64,000 nt of DNA, taken from Paramecium tetraurelia (taxonomy: Eukaryota). Position numbers and translations under genes: made by a program. The stretch is from assembly GCA_000165425.1 (NCBI GenBank), contig CT867996.1:124001-188000 (forward strand), read 5' to 3'. This document shows, in pieces, positions 13,818 to 28,100 of the stretch (position 1 is its first letter; each line of letters opens with the position of its first letter). The notes beneath the pieces were generated by a model. That model had not been told where the DNA came from. It saw only the letters and a program-made list of their open reading frames with translations, and did not search any database.

Positions 13818-14629
13818 AAATATTAAACATTTATTCTTTAAATATAAAATATACTTATTTCAGAGATCCTTTGTATCCTATCTTTAATTCACATATCAAA
13901 CACGAAATAAGAATTATTTAATATAATTGGTCAGCTTAAATGAAACATTTAAATCAATTATCCAATTACTTAAACTACCATCAAATTAATAGATAAAATT
14001 ATTCATTTTTAACCAATGCTCATATTCAATAAATACTTAATTTGGCAATTTAATTCTTTAAATGTATAAAATAATTTATTAATAATTCGTGTTTCAATAG
14101 CATTCAAAAGAATTATAATCGCATTTATGAAATAAGTTCTAATAATATATATAATAATTAATAAGTGAAAATTCTCAGTATTTAATCATTAATTATTTCT
14201 TATTTTAATTCAGTTATGATTCGTATAATTCTACACTCTTTAATTCACATCTACTTATAACTACATCAACTAATTAAATTTAAATCTATTTTAGAATTTT
14301 CAACTGATATAATCATATAAGTTTAATAACATTATTTTTTAATCAACAAATGATAAGAATTTGCAAACTATTCTAAATTTAATCAATTAATAGGAATGTA
14401 TAATACTTAAAAATTCCATTATATTTTATAATTTAATGGAAAGTACTTAGTATTTATATATTTATAGATTTCATTTATAAAAATGTTGATCCTTAAAAAT
14501 GCTTTCATTAAAATTAAATATATATTTATATATGAATAAATGCAAATAAAGCAAATTATTCAATAATGTAATCTGATAATCAATTTTTTTGTGTATTTTC
14601 ATTAATAAAAATAACCCCTCAAATTATAA

Positions 14630-16793
14630 ATGAGCTAAGAGAAGTTCAGAAGATATAAGTTAAATGTGTTTTAAGTACAGAAACTCAAAGTGAAATCTGA
14701 AGATAGGGTTATTGTAAACACATCGACAAATTTCAAAGCACTCTCTCCATAGCAATCTCCTAAAATTAAATAAATTGTCAATCGTACCCAATTAGAGCTC
14801 GAAAGATCGAAATCCTCATATAGAATGGAAAATATTATAATACAAATCAAAAAGAATGTATCCAAGAATAATATCAGCATACCCAATACCGCTAAAGACT
14901 TCTTTAAGGAGAGTCCTTTCTCTATTGTGGAAAAGAAGTAAGAGATTAATGTGCAGTTCTTGAGATAATGTAAGGCTAATAACGCCAGAGCTTGTCTCTA
15001 ATTATTAGAACCTACTATTGTTCATTAAGTTTGTAAGTTAATGGGATTAATTTATAGTAAATATTTCGCCCTTGATACCAATAAATGCAGATTTAAAGGC
15101 CAATATCAATTGTTAGGATGGCAATCAAAATTCTGCTCTACATATTGCTGTGAAAAATGGGAATATATAATTAGTTCAAGCATTAATTTACAAATAAATT
15201 AACTTGGAGATAGAAAATTCAGAAAAGATGACTTCATTAATACTGGCTAGTTATCAGTAAAATTATATATTTTAATTTTTAAAGTGGAAATGTGGAGTTA
15301 TTTTAGATCTTAATTAACTCAGGAGCCCAAGTTAATCATTAAGACATCTATGGTAACACATCACTACATTATGCATGTAAATTCAATAGCAAGGAAATTG
15401 TAGCCATTATACTTAAACTTCCGAATCTCATATTTAAGCCAAATCATGATCAGAGGTATCCTGACTACTATGTTCAAGATACTGAGATATTGTAATTATT
15501 TACTTAATTTTAATTGGAACATTCAAAATAAAGTAATTTAACCTACAATTAAATATAGAATAAAAAACAAAAGAGATCAAGATACAGAATATATAAATGG
15601 AAGACTAGTGTCGATCAAATCAATTTTAGAATAATAAATGTAAGTTGCAAAACTGTCCTCTACATAATTTGTCTCCTGATACAAAGCAAAGAGTTCTTCA
15701 ACTTAGCAAAAATATTAAGTAAGAGTAAAAAGGAATTATCAATACTCCTTCTACTATAGATTCGATGAAGTAGTCCAAAAAAGAAGAAAAAGTCTATCCC
15801 CAACAGTTTCGTGTATTGGGTTTGATAGGCAAAGGAAGTTTCGGAAAGGTGTATCTGGTTCAAAAGAACAAAAAGTATTATGCAATGAAGGTACTTCTTA
15901 AGAATATGATCTTCGGTAATAAATCAATTATATTGAAGAACAAAACATTTGTAGATATGCAATAACCGAGAGAAATGTCTTATCTGTGACATCCCACCCC
16001 TTCATAGTCAAATTAAGATATGCATTTTAGACGGGAGACAAATTATTTATGATTCTGGACTATTATCCTGGTGGTGATCTGGGGATGGTTCTTAATAAAA
16101 TTAAGAGATTTCCTGAGGAACTTGTAAAACTGTATGCTTGTGAAATAATTTTGGCTTTGGAGGATCTTCATAAAAGAAATATAATATTTCGTGACTTGAA
16201 ACCTGACAATATCTTACTGGATGCAGAAGGACATGTGTTGTTAACTGATTTTGGATTGTCTAAGGAGGGAATTCCTTTATCAAATCAAGGAGCAAAATCC
16301 TTTTGTGGTTCTGTTGCCTATTTGGCTCCGGAAATGATTAAGAGATAGGGTCATGGAAAAGCTGTGGATTGGTATTTACTAGGAGTGGTGATGTATGAAT
16401 TGCTGTCAGGGTTGCCACCTTATTATACGAATGATAGAGAGGCGTTATTCTATAATATAGAAAATGCCAGTCTAAAAATACCTTAATTCATTTCAATTGA
16501 ATGCAGAAACTTACTAAGATCAGTAAAAGTCTGTTGATTACTTTTAGTTATTGGAGAGAAATCCAAGTCGACGTTTGGGATCAGGATAGGGAGACTCAAT
16601 GGAAATCAGGGGTCATCCTTACTTTGTGGATATAGATTGGGAACGAGTTTTAAAGAGACAACTTTAAATGCCAAAACCAGATTACAGTCTGAAGTTAAGA
16701 CCAATAGGAGAATAGAATATTTTTGATTTACAAAGCTCAGTGGAATTCGAGTAATCTAATGTGAATGGATGGTCGTATGTTCAAACAGAATGA
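14630..16793 (+). CDS. Ankyrin-repeat AGC-family (Akt/RSK/SGK-like) protein kinase
   Basis: Ankyrin motifs (NSALHIAVKNGN, MTSLILAS, GNTSLHYACK) precede GKGSFGKVY..YAMK..HPFIVKLRYAFQT..RDLKPDN..DFG..FCGSVAYLAPE; C-terminal GWSYV hydrophobic motif; TGA at 16791-16793. Confidence 0.9.
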
Positions 16794-16826
16794 AATGCAT
16801 TTGATTCTATTGATTAACTAAATAAT

Positions 16827-17197
16827 TCAATATTATGATGGCTGTTTATCAGATTTGGCACCAAAGAATTTGAGACACAATTACTCAATGTCTTCCAATG
16901 TCACTCTGCCTGTTCCCTTTCCTATTGTCATTAAATATATTAGATACTGTCCAAGATTCTGGAATATGAAGCGATATCTGTGGGTGTTGGATTGAATCCT
17001 TTATTCATGGCTCTGTAGCAATCACTTAACATATATCCAACTTCAAAAGAATCAATATTTCCATCGGAGTTGCCATCATACAGTGCAAGGATTCTCTGAG
17101 CCAATTGTTTGCATTATTCTGGGTCCAAAACTCCTCCGAAATTTACAGCATCTGTGATTTGGTAATGTGAATATTTGATTTACTTATTTGGGTCCAT
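16827..17197 (-). CDS. Small EF-hand calcium-binding protein
   Basis: LYDGNSDGNIDSFEV and ILDRKGTGRVTLEDI EF-hand loops; one short intron. Confidence 0.85.
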
Positions 17198-17258
17198 GAA
17201 AAACTGTTAATTAATTATTGCTTATAAATACTCAAATTCAAATAGTTTAGTATGGAAT

Positions 17259-17711
17259 TCAATCATTATGTTTAGGCATATATTTTTAGACCATCTCCTT
17301 CTGCCAATATAACACATTGTTCACCACATTTATTGGAATATCATACACTTCAGGTAATCCTTCATGCAGTTCTGTCTTCTTGAGATTGTGGAGTCTTGTA
17401 TATTTGTCTAGGTTGATCTCATTCTTCAATACCTTCAACATTTTCATATGAATCCAATTTGTTGCAGAAACAGTAATTCAGAGCTGCATAACCAGTTATC
17501 ACTGTAAAAATAGTGGCTACAAAGAAACTCGGAATTGCCAAAGCCCAATACTTCTAAGGGAAATAATGAATTCCCAATGACTTTTGATGAGTAAGAAGGA
17601 ATCAATTACATGAAATGCTGATTCTGGCAAGAATACCCATGCCAAATAGACTACAAACACTATGTAGGAAGAGATCCATCCAATGAATCCATAGATTTCT
17701 ATGCTTTTCAT
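17259..17711 (-). CDS. PIGP: GPI-GlcNAc transferase subunit P (PIG-P/Gpi19)
   Basis: EIYGFIGWISS..YLAWVFLPE..LGIHYFPQKYWALAIP and C-terminal LPEVYDIPINVVNNVLY match the PIG-P family pattern; two short introns. Confidence 0.9.
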
Positions 17712-17738
17712 AATATAAAAAAAAATAATATAAATGAA

Positions 17739-18332
17739 TCAGAGTAATTTAAACAGTATTTATTTATTTTGTATTCTTTTCTTAATCTCGCAAGGCATGA
17801 ACCTCTCGATTTTCTACAATATTTATTCCTTATCTAAATGCTTTATTTTTTTTACACCATTTATTTTTATGTTATTATTTTTAATCCTTACGTAATGGTT
17901 CCCTAATATTTTATGAATTTTTATTATTTTTTTCTCTTCCTCGCAATTCAAAAATTAACCATTAAAACGTAATCGTCGATCTGCTATTTATTTTCTACAC
18001 TCATAAAGAGTTCTATTCATCCACATCCTCTTTTTTGCTCTGTACCTTTGCAAACATTCTTTGCGAATAAAATTTTTATCAATTAATTTTTCTTCTCCTT
18101 GAGATATTACAACTAGGCTGTCTAATTTAGATTCTTAAACAGTTGATTAGGTTTCGTTTGAAATGAGAAAACTATTAAGAACATTCATTTTCTGCATAAG
18201 TAATTACTACTATTGTAACACTAAATTTAATACAGACTATTTCCCTAAGAATTTTATTAACTCGTTTTTCAGCTCCTAACTGATCTATCCTTAATCATCC
18301 ACGAATTGAGGATAGTTGTATAGATATTGCAT
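17739..18332 (-). CDS. CCT-domain (CONSTANS/CO-like/TOC1 motif) protein
   Basis: RKECLQRYRAKKRMWMNRTLYECRKQIADRRLRFNGQF matches the CCT consensus R...L.RY.EK+..R...K.I.Y..RK..AD.R.R.KG.F. Confidence 0.75.
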
Positions 18333-18522
18333 TTGTTTTTCTAATTAATGTATTAGAAAAAACTAGGATTATTCGATCATTTTGAATCCCAAAAACAATG
18401 TTCTCAGAATAAAAATGCAATGGACCCCCTTTACTTTTAATTAAATTATTTTTATACTATCTTATTCTCAATTATATTAGCCATAATGATGAGACCTTCA
18501 TTTTATATATAAAAATATATAT

Positions 18523-19684
18523 TCATTATTCAATTTCCCTCTTATGGCCACATCCTCCGCAATACTTATGTCCCAATTGCATCTTGTTCCCACATTAAGT
18601 GCAAAATTTTAATTGACTTTTCAACTGAATATCAGTCTCCTTTAGTATCTTTTTCATCTGAGGCTATTAACCGATAATGGCTGGCAAAACAGGCTCCATT
18701 TTTTTTAGTTTCGGCAAATTCGCCTTAATTTTGAACTTCAATTCTTGGGTCGATATTATTAATTCTTACTAAATGATTCCTTACTCATTAATTTCTCGCA
18801 AATAGGAACGTGACGTTGAGCAGCCTTTGGATTAAATTTACGTAAACAGTGAGGACACTCAGTATCCGACAAAGCAGTCGCCCTTGTTTAACAATCCATG
18901 AATCCTAACATAATCACCCACTTATCATACCGAATCCTGTATAGATGGCCTTCTTCAGTTCTGGAAGTTGTCTCTTCTAAACCTCAGCTGTCTTCATCAA
19001 ACTCTAAGCTCGAAAGGATTGCTTCGTTTGATCAATATTCTCGTTCTAATTGGTCGTCGACGCAGTGCTTAACTATGTAGTTCTTTTCAGTTCTTATTGC
19101 TATTTTTTTTTGGGAGGCTTGGGCTTAGCCTTGATTTCCTTGCACTTCGGTATATGTCTCTCAGCAACATCTTCAAATACTTCTTTGAATTGTTACATCT
19201 GTCAAAACTACGTTAACAATGTTCACAAAACACATAATGTGAATTCTCTGCTAATTCTGGAGTCTTTACGGTTCTCTCCTCACCACCTTCATTTTGAACC
19301 TCATTAATTCATTCAATGTACTACCTCTTTTTCCTTTTTATTGCAATGAATCATTTCTTAGAATTACTTATGTTATTCTCTCCAATTATTAACTGTTTTA
19401 TTTTTCACTTGTTTCTCCTTAGCTTCCAACATCTACTAAAGTTCAGCTTTCTTTTATTATTTACGTTTTATTAGCTTATCCCTTTCCTTTTATTTTTATT
19501 AAGCCTTCTCGCACACCTACCTATGCTTTTCAATCCTCTCCGTATGAAATTTTCGGGAACAAATCTCACATTGCTCCAATTCCCCTTCTCCACTCCCTTA
19601 CTGCTCCTATTCCAAGTTCATAAATTCATTATTCTCGTCTAAACACTCTGAATGCTCAAATTATTCCTCATCATATTCATCCAT
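18523..19684 (-). CDS. C2HC zinc-finger protein (ZC2HC1/FAM164-like) with C-terminal zinc ribbon
   Basis: Three CxxC.R.F......H...C fingers (CEICSRKF..HRQVC, CEHCQRSF..HIPKC, CPHCLRKF..HVPIC) and terminal FCTQCG..KYCGGCG. Confidence 0.85.
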
Positions 19685-19947
19685 TAATTATTATATAATA
19701 CTTTATATATCTATAAAACTAATAAAAATAAATAATTCATATATTTTTGATACATCCCTTTCATTACAGAAATTCAATCTTACATTAAGACTTAATTCTC
19801 TAAATTTTTATTAATTTTAAGTTACAAATCTATATGTTTTCTCGATAAACAGACATTAAAAATTTCGAATTAGTTTATAATAACTATTTCAGATTATTTT
19901 GTAAAATTTATATTTTATAATTTGTTTACTACTTAACTTTTAGAATA

Positions 19948-21146
19948 ATGTCAATGAAGAAATCAAAATTTTCAAGCTATCAAAAAATTTAATCAGAAAA
20001 TAGGTACATCCAATTATGATATCAAAGGTAGTCAGTGTCTAAATTAATCAGAGTTTCAAGCATGACCAATTTATCCAACACCAGTAAAATGCTGATACTA
20101 TGAAATATTAGGCACAGTTGTCAAATTGTCCATTAAAGAATTGCTCGAGAAACAAAAGAAAGGCGAAATCACAAAGCTCTCCCAATAAAAAGAAAATTTC
20201 ATCTCCAAAATAGCTCCAATCAAAATATAGACCTAAAACTCAAAAAATAGTTCCCCCCGTTATAGGATTAAGCTACTCTCAAGTCCTCTAAGCACAAATC
20301 GAACCACCTTATCTAAATCATCCTAAGTTTCCCCTCTAAGACAAAATAGAACTCTAGTACCTAAAGACTTCATTTGCTTATCATAACCCCAAATACAAAT
20401 CAGCTAAATAGAAAAATTAGAGGAATTTGTATCTATCTCCAATAACTCTCCAACAAGAATAGATAACATGGAGGATTATTCGCCTAGTATTAGAACCAAA
20501 AATATTGAAATGGAACAAGAAAAAATATTAAAGGAAGATATTAAGCCTCCTAAGAAAACCAAAAAAGAATTAAAAGGCTGTTTATTAAGAGCCTTGAGAA
20601 AACTCAAAGAAATGAATATAAATACAAAAATGATGCTCCAAAAATAAATCTTCTCAAAGAAACCATATCAAAAACCAAATTCGTAAGAGTTCATCCATGC
20701 TGTCAAATTAAATTAATTAGATAAGGTAAAGTAATACATTGAGAAGAACAAATATATTATTTTTGATTTTGATTACTTCAATATGACAGCTCTACATTGG
20801 TCAAGTAAAAAGGGATTCTATGAAATGACAGAATTCCTTATTAAAAATCATGCGGATGTTGATGCTATTGATATTTTGAATAGAACTCCTCTCTTTTTGG
20901 CAATTCAAGAAAATAATATTCCTATAATAGAAGTAGGGCTATATAATAATTTAATTTTAGTTATTATTGAGAAATAAAGCGTATCCATGGTCAACATCCG
21001 TAACTGATTTAGGAGAAGCTGTTGGAAATAATAGAAGAGTTAGAAAAATATTAACTTAAATTCGTAGAGTAAATTTTATCATTATTTGCTAGGTTGATAT
21101 AATTAATATGTGGGGAGAAAAAAAGTTAAAGGAAGAGTTGTTTTGA
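19948..21146 (+). CDS. Ankyrin-repeat protein with low-complexity N-terminus
   Basis: MTALHWSSKKGF..LIKNHADVDAIDILNRTPLFLAI; short introns; TGA at 21144-21146. Confidence 0.85.
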
Positions 21147-22121
21147 ATTATTAATATTGTATTAAGCATTTTATAATTTCGAATTGAACATAAAGAAATT
21201 GTTTTTTCAGTTGATATTTTTATAACTTTAAATTAAATTAGTGAAACAATATTTTTAACAACCGTTCAAGCCTAAGTAAAATTTTATATTATTCAGATGA
21301 TTAGGAATAAATGCTGAACTTGGTTCATTATTGAATATTCTTGATTTAAATAATATAGTTATATTCTAAATAATTTTATTCTCAGCTAAGATATTTTATT
21401 AACTAATTTATAGAAAACTTTATTGATTTTCTGATCATCATCTAAAATAAGTGGTTAATTAGAGTCAACTCGATTATTAAATAGTGATTTCTATTATCAA
21501 CTTTGACTTTGTAATAAGTTTACATATATAATTATATCTAACTCTAGATAAATACTCTAAATTTACAACTTATATAATCTAAAATAAATAATTATAATTC
21601 TTTAGTCTGAGAAATAATAATTAAAAGATAAATATTGAGTAGTCTATTTTAATTTTATAACATGATTTTAAGTTTTGATGTACTAGTCTTAAATATCATT
21701 TAAATTTAGGGCACACTTTAATGCTTGTTTTCTTTATGAAAAATTTTTTGATTGTCTTTTTCACTTAAGGATTATTACTAATTTCTTTTCTTCAAAATTT
21801 GGAGAGAAATTCTAAGCAGTTCTCATTAATTTAAAACAATTAACGTATTCTAATTATTAAATATATATTTGAATAAAAAGAAAAACTCTTATTTAATGAG
21901 ATTTTAAGTCATTCGATGAAAAAATGGGGAAAATAGTATTTGCCATATCCCCCAGATTTCTCTAAATCTAGTGAATACTTCAAAATTATATTTTATTTTA
22001 GAAAAATTAATTGACTAAATTAATACATTTAATTAAAAAAAAATTGAGTATAAAATATTTTGAAAAATTTACTTAATTATGTGATTCAAAATTGAATAAA
22101 AATATCCAAAAAACTCTTTAA

Positions 22122-25100
22122 TCACGCTAAACATCTATGATAATTCTTAGAGATGATCTCTGTCCAAATATGATTAAGTTAAAATGGCTCTATGCTGTCT
22201 CTAAGTGCTGCTTATGCAAAGGCTTAACTGAATCTATCAATTATTCGTTCTAGCGAAGAAGATAGATTTGGCTGGGAACAAGCAAAAAAATAAATTGAAT
22301 CTCGAAATCTTTTTTCTATATTGCAAAATATATCGACTTCGTCATTTTGTTAGTAATTTATAAACCTAGACGGTTTCCCGTCAGTATAAAACAGTATCAC
22401 GGTCCTATTTATGTAATTAAATAATTACTGTGTAAATTCAGAATGTTAAAGAACTAATTCTCTTGCAGCTGATAATGCAGGACCAAATAATGTAAACCAA
22501 CTTCCTTCATATTATATAAGTTCTATTTATTTATCAATATCTACAGCTTAACAGTTGATGACTATTTTAGCAGTTGCACCGAATAGAATCACACTTACTT
22601 TTGCATTTTTCTTTTACTTTATTTATTCAAATTATTCTGCCATACAAATTTTAACTTACAACCAATGCTAGTGCATAGAGGTGGAATTATCTAAAATAAA
22701 TATATAATGAAATGAATTATTCTATTAATTCATTGAGATATCATGTTTTTATGAGAAGACAATTTCTTACTGAAATTGACTTTATAAATCTTTCGAAATT
22801 AATTCCCCAACTCCTCCATTCCAAATTTACATCATTTTTTATATATTTTCATCAACTAATTTCTGCGATTCGAGTTCTTTAAAGATCCAGTCATTGTGAA
22901 TCTTTTTGACTTCACTCCATGACTTTAACCTATTAGTTTCAAATATTTTAATTTCAGCTTCATCAATTATTTCCTCACAAGTATAAGGTGAAGGATAAGA
23001 ATTTATCAAAACTCTATTCATGCCTACAAATTGATATTCATATTACCTCTCTGCTAATGGCCATTTAAGCATTTATGTTTATGATTATCGATTTTATAAT
23101 CAGGGCTGTCGCATTTTCTATTACACATTGGACAAGATTAATCACATCCTATCATATCATTCTGTAGACTATCCAAAATATTTTAAACATTGAATTTTTC
23201 AATCTATGGTTATACTTTCTATATTTTCAAAGCCTCAATTTCCATTATAAAAGATCCCAAAAATGCATCTACTTTGTAACCTATATGTATTATTTTATTT
23301 ATACTTAAATTTTTCACTCCTGGAATACCAAATCTTTTAATACTTTGATTATCAATAATATCAGAGTTTTAAAAATAGTTTAGATTTTCAGCCTATTCTC
23401 CCAATTTAAAATTAAAAATAGCCTAAATAATTTCCTCAGTTTCTTAATCTAAATTGTTATAACCAAAATAATCTAACTGATTTTAATCTTTATTTTCACT
23501 GCTATTTTTAAATTATTATTATAATTCCAAAGAGTTTTTGAGTATTGCATCTAATATTTCATTGATTGAGCATTCATTCTCAAAAATTGTCATTATTTCA
23601 TCTTTAAACTTCTAAATCTCCAAATATACATATTATTCTATAAATTCTTTTTGCCTATAAACGTATGACATAATTTATTCATCTAAATCTTGTTTCATTG
23701 AATTAATTCTTTCCTGACATAATAATAACTTTTAGTCAAGCATTTAAATTATTTCTTAAGATGTTTTAGATTGTTTCATAAGATATTATTAAGTATTTGG
23801 TTAAATTTTTCTATATTGTTAATTAATTAGGTTCTGATAAATGCATTAAGCCAATAATTTTCCATTTCGTATACATACTTCTTTATGGTTTTACAAAATT
23901 ATATCATCAAAAAACTCTTTCATTTCTTTTAGTTTTAAATCTAATGTTTATTTTTCTTGGTCTTATATTGCCCACTTCTTATAGCAAATAAATCTCCATA
24001 TAAGAAATATCGAATAATAATACAATTTTCTTTCTAAAAGTTAGCTTATTTATAAGCCAAAAAAGGCAAACTATTTATTATACTGATTCAATAAGTCTTT
24101 TACTTTTCTCATTATCCTAGAGATTAATTAAAAATTAATTTAAGTCATATCCTCTTCTTTAGATATTGAAGAAGCAATTGTTGAATCAGTATGTATATTC
24201 TAAGACATTATTTCCTTCTTAATTAATTGGTATATGCCCCAACTAAGTCTATCCCATCCTCCACTTTTTTTCATAATATTAATAAATTCATCAGGAAATT
24301 CTTTTCTAAATGTATGTTCATCCATTAATTTTGTCTCCTTTGAGATTATGAATTCAATAAAGTTATAATACCTAGAACCGGGATCTAACTTATTTTTATA
24401 TTCACATTTCTCTGAAATTATAAAATAATTATTTAGATCTTCTTAAAGTTAATTCGATACTTTTTCACTTTATTCAATAAAATCAGGAAAATACTCCCTA
24501 AAAAATTTCAAATTGTAATTCTGAAACTACAAACATTTCATGTTTAGAGAACTCAATTTGAATGTTTATACAATATTTTTTAGTAATTTGAAAATTTAAG
24601 CTTCAATTAGATAATTGCACTAATTAGGACGAGACTTCAACATATCTTCTAAAGACTGGTATAAATTTTAATCAAAATTGATTTATAATTCCTTAACAAA
24701 ATGTATAAAGTTTAAAATAATTTATTCAAACTAATCCTTTTCTTTAATAAGTAATAATTATTTAGTAAAATGTTCAAATTTGTTTTGTAAATGAGATATA
24801 AATTTAGGTTTCTCTATTATTTACTAAATATTATTTATTTCTATATATTCTTTAGGATTGATTATACAATCTTTGGAGATATTTTCAAATCTTTATTTGA
24901 TTGGATTTGAAAAAATATTTAAATAATCTATAGGACTATCTTTGTTCAAATAAACAAAAGAGTATTTTTCAAATTCTTCTTAAAATAATTAATAGGAAAG
25001 TCTTTCTCTATATATTTCCTCACCATTGTCAGGATTACTTTTATTGATTTTTTAGCTAAAAATATACTTAATTTAATCTTTTTGATCTAAATTATAAATA

Positions 25101-28100
25101 TATGACTTTGAAAATAGACATATGCTTTCAATTAGTTACTCTTAAAATTAATCGTAAATAGATTCTATTTAATCAGATGATTTATGAATGATATCCATCC
25201 AAAATTGCTTAAAATAATTTTCTCTGCTTTCTTTATCAGTTTTGTATCGATTTAATTTCTATTCATCATTCAAAATTTCTTTAAGGGCTTTATTAACTTT
25301 TTCCTCAATTAATTAATACTACAATTGAATCTAATATTTAGAAATTTCCTATTAGATTACCAAAGTGCCTTCAACTAAGTGGCTGGATATTAATTCTTAG
25401 GCATGATCTTTAACTTTCTCTAAAATTTTTTTAGAAACATCATAGGTTTATAAAGACAATTCTGAAAAAATATCCTCTTTGATTTAATTTGTGCTTCCCT
25501 TAAAATTATCTTCAATTGAGATTTTAATATTTTGTAAATTTGTTGTTGACAAATTTTATTATTTTTTTATTTCATATTGTATGTCATATATTAATGAGGA
25601 TACTTATTCTGAAAACTATTTATCTCTTTTCTTTATTATTTCATTCAAAATTTTGTTTAGTCTCTCGTAATCCTTTTACTACTTTAATTCTACAAATTCA
25701 ACAACATCAGGAAATCTAGATATAATCTACCAACATTCTTCGAATTTCTTAGTAAAATGTTCCCAAGTTATAAATTATTACATTTCTTTAATAAAAGTCT
25801 TACCTCTACGAATATATCTTAAAATTAAGTTAATTCCCATTGAATAGGCATCCTTAGAATAAACTTCAATAATTCTTTCTTAAGTCCATTCTTTTGAATG
25901 AGTTGAGCAACTTAAATTATTCCATTTATCTGGAACAGATGCCATTCCTAATATTTCAATATCTTCTTCTCGAAATCCTGAGATTTCATAAACGTCCCTT
26001 TACCATTTTTTTTCTTCTTTTAATTTTTCAACTATGTCTTCAATTTAGTTATGAAGTTTTTTTTTATCAGATGTTTGACTATTTTAATTGAAGCACCAAA
26101 TAAATTGAATATTCGAAGATAATTTTTAATGTTCTACTAAAGTGAATAAGCACATCTCAATAAGGTTGTGAAATTGAGAATTTATTTCACCTTTAACATT
26201 GAATATTATGATATCACTAATTGAAACTATAAACAATGCAAGTCTTTTATCAAATACTTAATCTTATTAATTTGGATTTTATAAACCTTCAGAATCTAAC
26301 AATAATATATAATCATATAAATTATCAAATTATTCCTTATTTGATATCTTGAGCAATTATAAATACATCCCTTTCGTACATCTACCTACACTTGTTAAAA
26401 AATGACAGCCAAACATTTTATTTAATAAAGTTGACTTTCCTGAGCTCTAAGGCCCTAAAATGCTAATTATTAGTATTTTATTTTATTCTTTATGTGTAAT
26501 TAATTTTTAACCTAATTACTTCAAAAATTTAAAATTAATGGTAAGATCATCACCGTTGAGAAACTCAAAGGGTTCTCCTCTCTATAGTAATTGTACTATT
26601 ATGTCGATATAATCTAAGTCAAAATGAGGATATCCATTAATAATTTCTCTCCAAAATAGTTCTATACTAACATTTTATAATTTTTAATTATTTTAAAGTA
26701 TTTTGATTTATTGGTCTGTCTCTTCTTTTTTATTTCCATTTAGTTTAGCATTTTCTTGTACTTTTTTGATTGAGGCATCGTTCTCAATTTATAAAATATT
26801 ATTAAATTTGGCTATTTTATCAACTGTCATTAGATAACCTATGTAATAATTATCTAATTTAAAAAGAAAACTAAATATTGAGAGTAAATTTGAAGTTTAA
26901 ACCGTTAAACCTCTTTATTATGATTCAAATTATAAGATACATTCAATTATTTAATACTATTGCTTTTTAAGTTAGTCTAAATTAATATTAATTTCATCCA
27001 TTTCTTTTAGCTTAGCTTCAATCCCATTTATCAAATTTGTTTTGTTCATCTCATCTTAACACTCAGATAATTGCCTTAAATAATTGATTGATCTTTGTTT
27101 ATCCTATAAATTTTGTTAATTTGATTTTATTTCTTTGTCACATTCAGATCTTTACATATGTAATGCTTCAATTTTCCATTCCAAAAATCTTAAAGGAAAA
27201 GCATTTTCATTGTAAAAGCCTTCTGGATTTGATTTAATTATATTTAATTCAATTTCTAAATTATCTATTAACTCTTGAATTTGTAGTATTTTAAAGGTAT
27301 TAATTTCAAAGTTCGTACACACTTAAAGAAATGACTTTTTTAAATCTTATTCTTTAACAAGTTCATTTTCCTTTCCAATCATCTCTAAAATAGTATTTCT
27401 TATTTTGGCTATTTCTCCTTACTAAGGTTGATTATCCATTTATTATAGGTTTTCAATTTGACAAATTTTAATTTTCGAAGCTTTAATTTAATTAATTTAC
27501 TCCATTTTAATTTCTAATTTTTTAGAATCTCTAATTACAAAACAAATCATAGGCTTACAATCCAATAGAGATAGAATATTATTAACTCTATCAATATTTT
27601 CTTTCAATTCTTATTCAGATCTCATTTGAATTATCCAACATTTAAACAATGGAAGTATTAATTAGAATAACTCATCTTAAAATGAACCATGAGCATCTGC
27701 AATAAAAAAATTTCTGCTTCGGTTAAAAGCAAAGTCAAATGTGCAATCAATTGTATTTTTGTTGATCAACGATGAATCGCAGATCTCAAATTTATCATCT
27801 TTGTAAAATAACTTATTAATTAAGTAAGTTTTCCCAATTTTTTCTTAAATTTAAGTAAGGGAAAAATTTATAATAGTGAAATCTTGTTCCAAAAGATAAT
27901 AAATATTTTCATTCAATCTGAACAAATCTAAATCTTTAGTAGCATTTTAAATTTGTGGGTGTTTATAAATTAGAGGAATTGAATTGTTTTTTGAATGTAA
28001 TTTAATTAGTATTGCTTATAACTCTGAATCAGCATTATTATATAATATTTAAAATAAGGATTTCATATTTAAAGAATCCAAATGGTCGAATTTTCTATCC

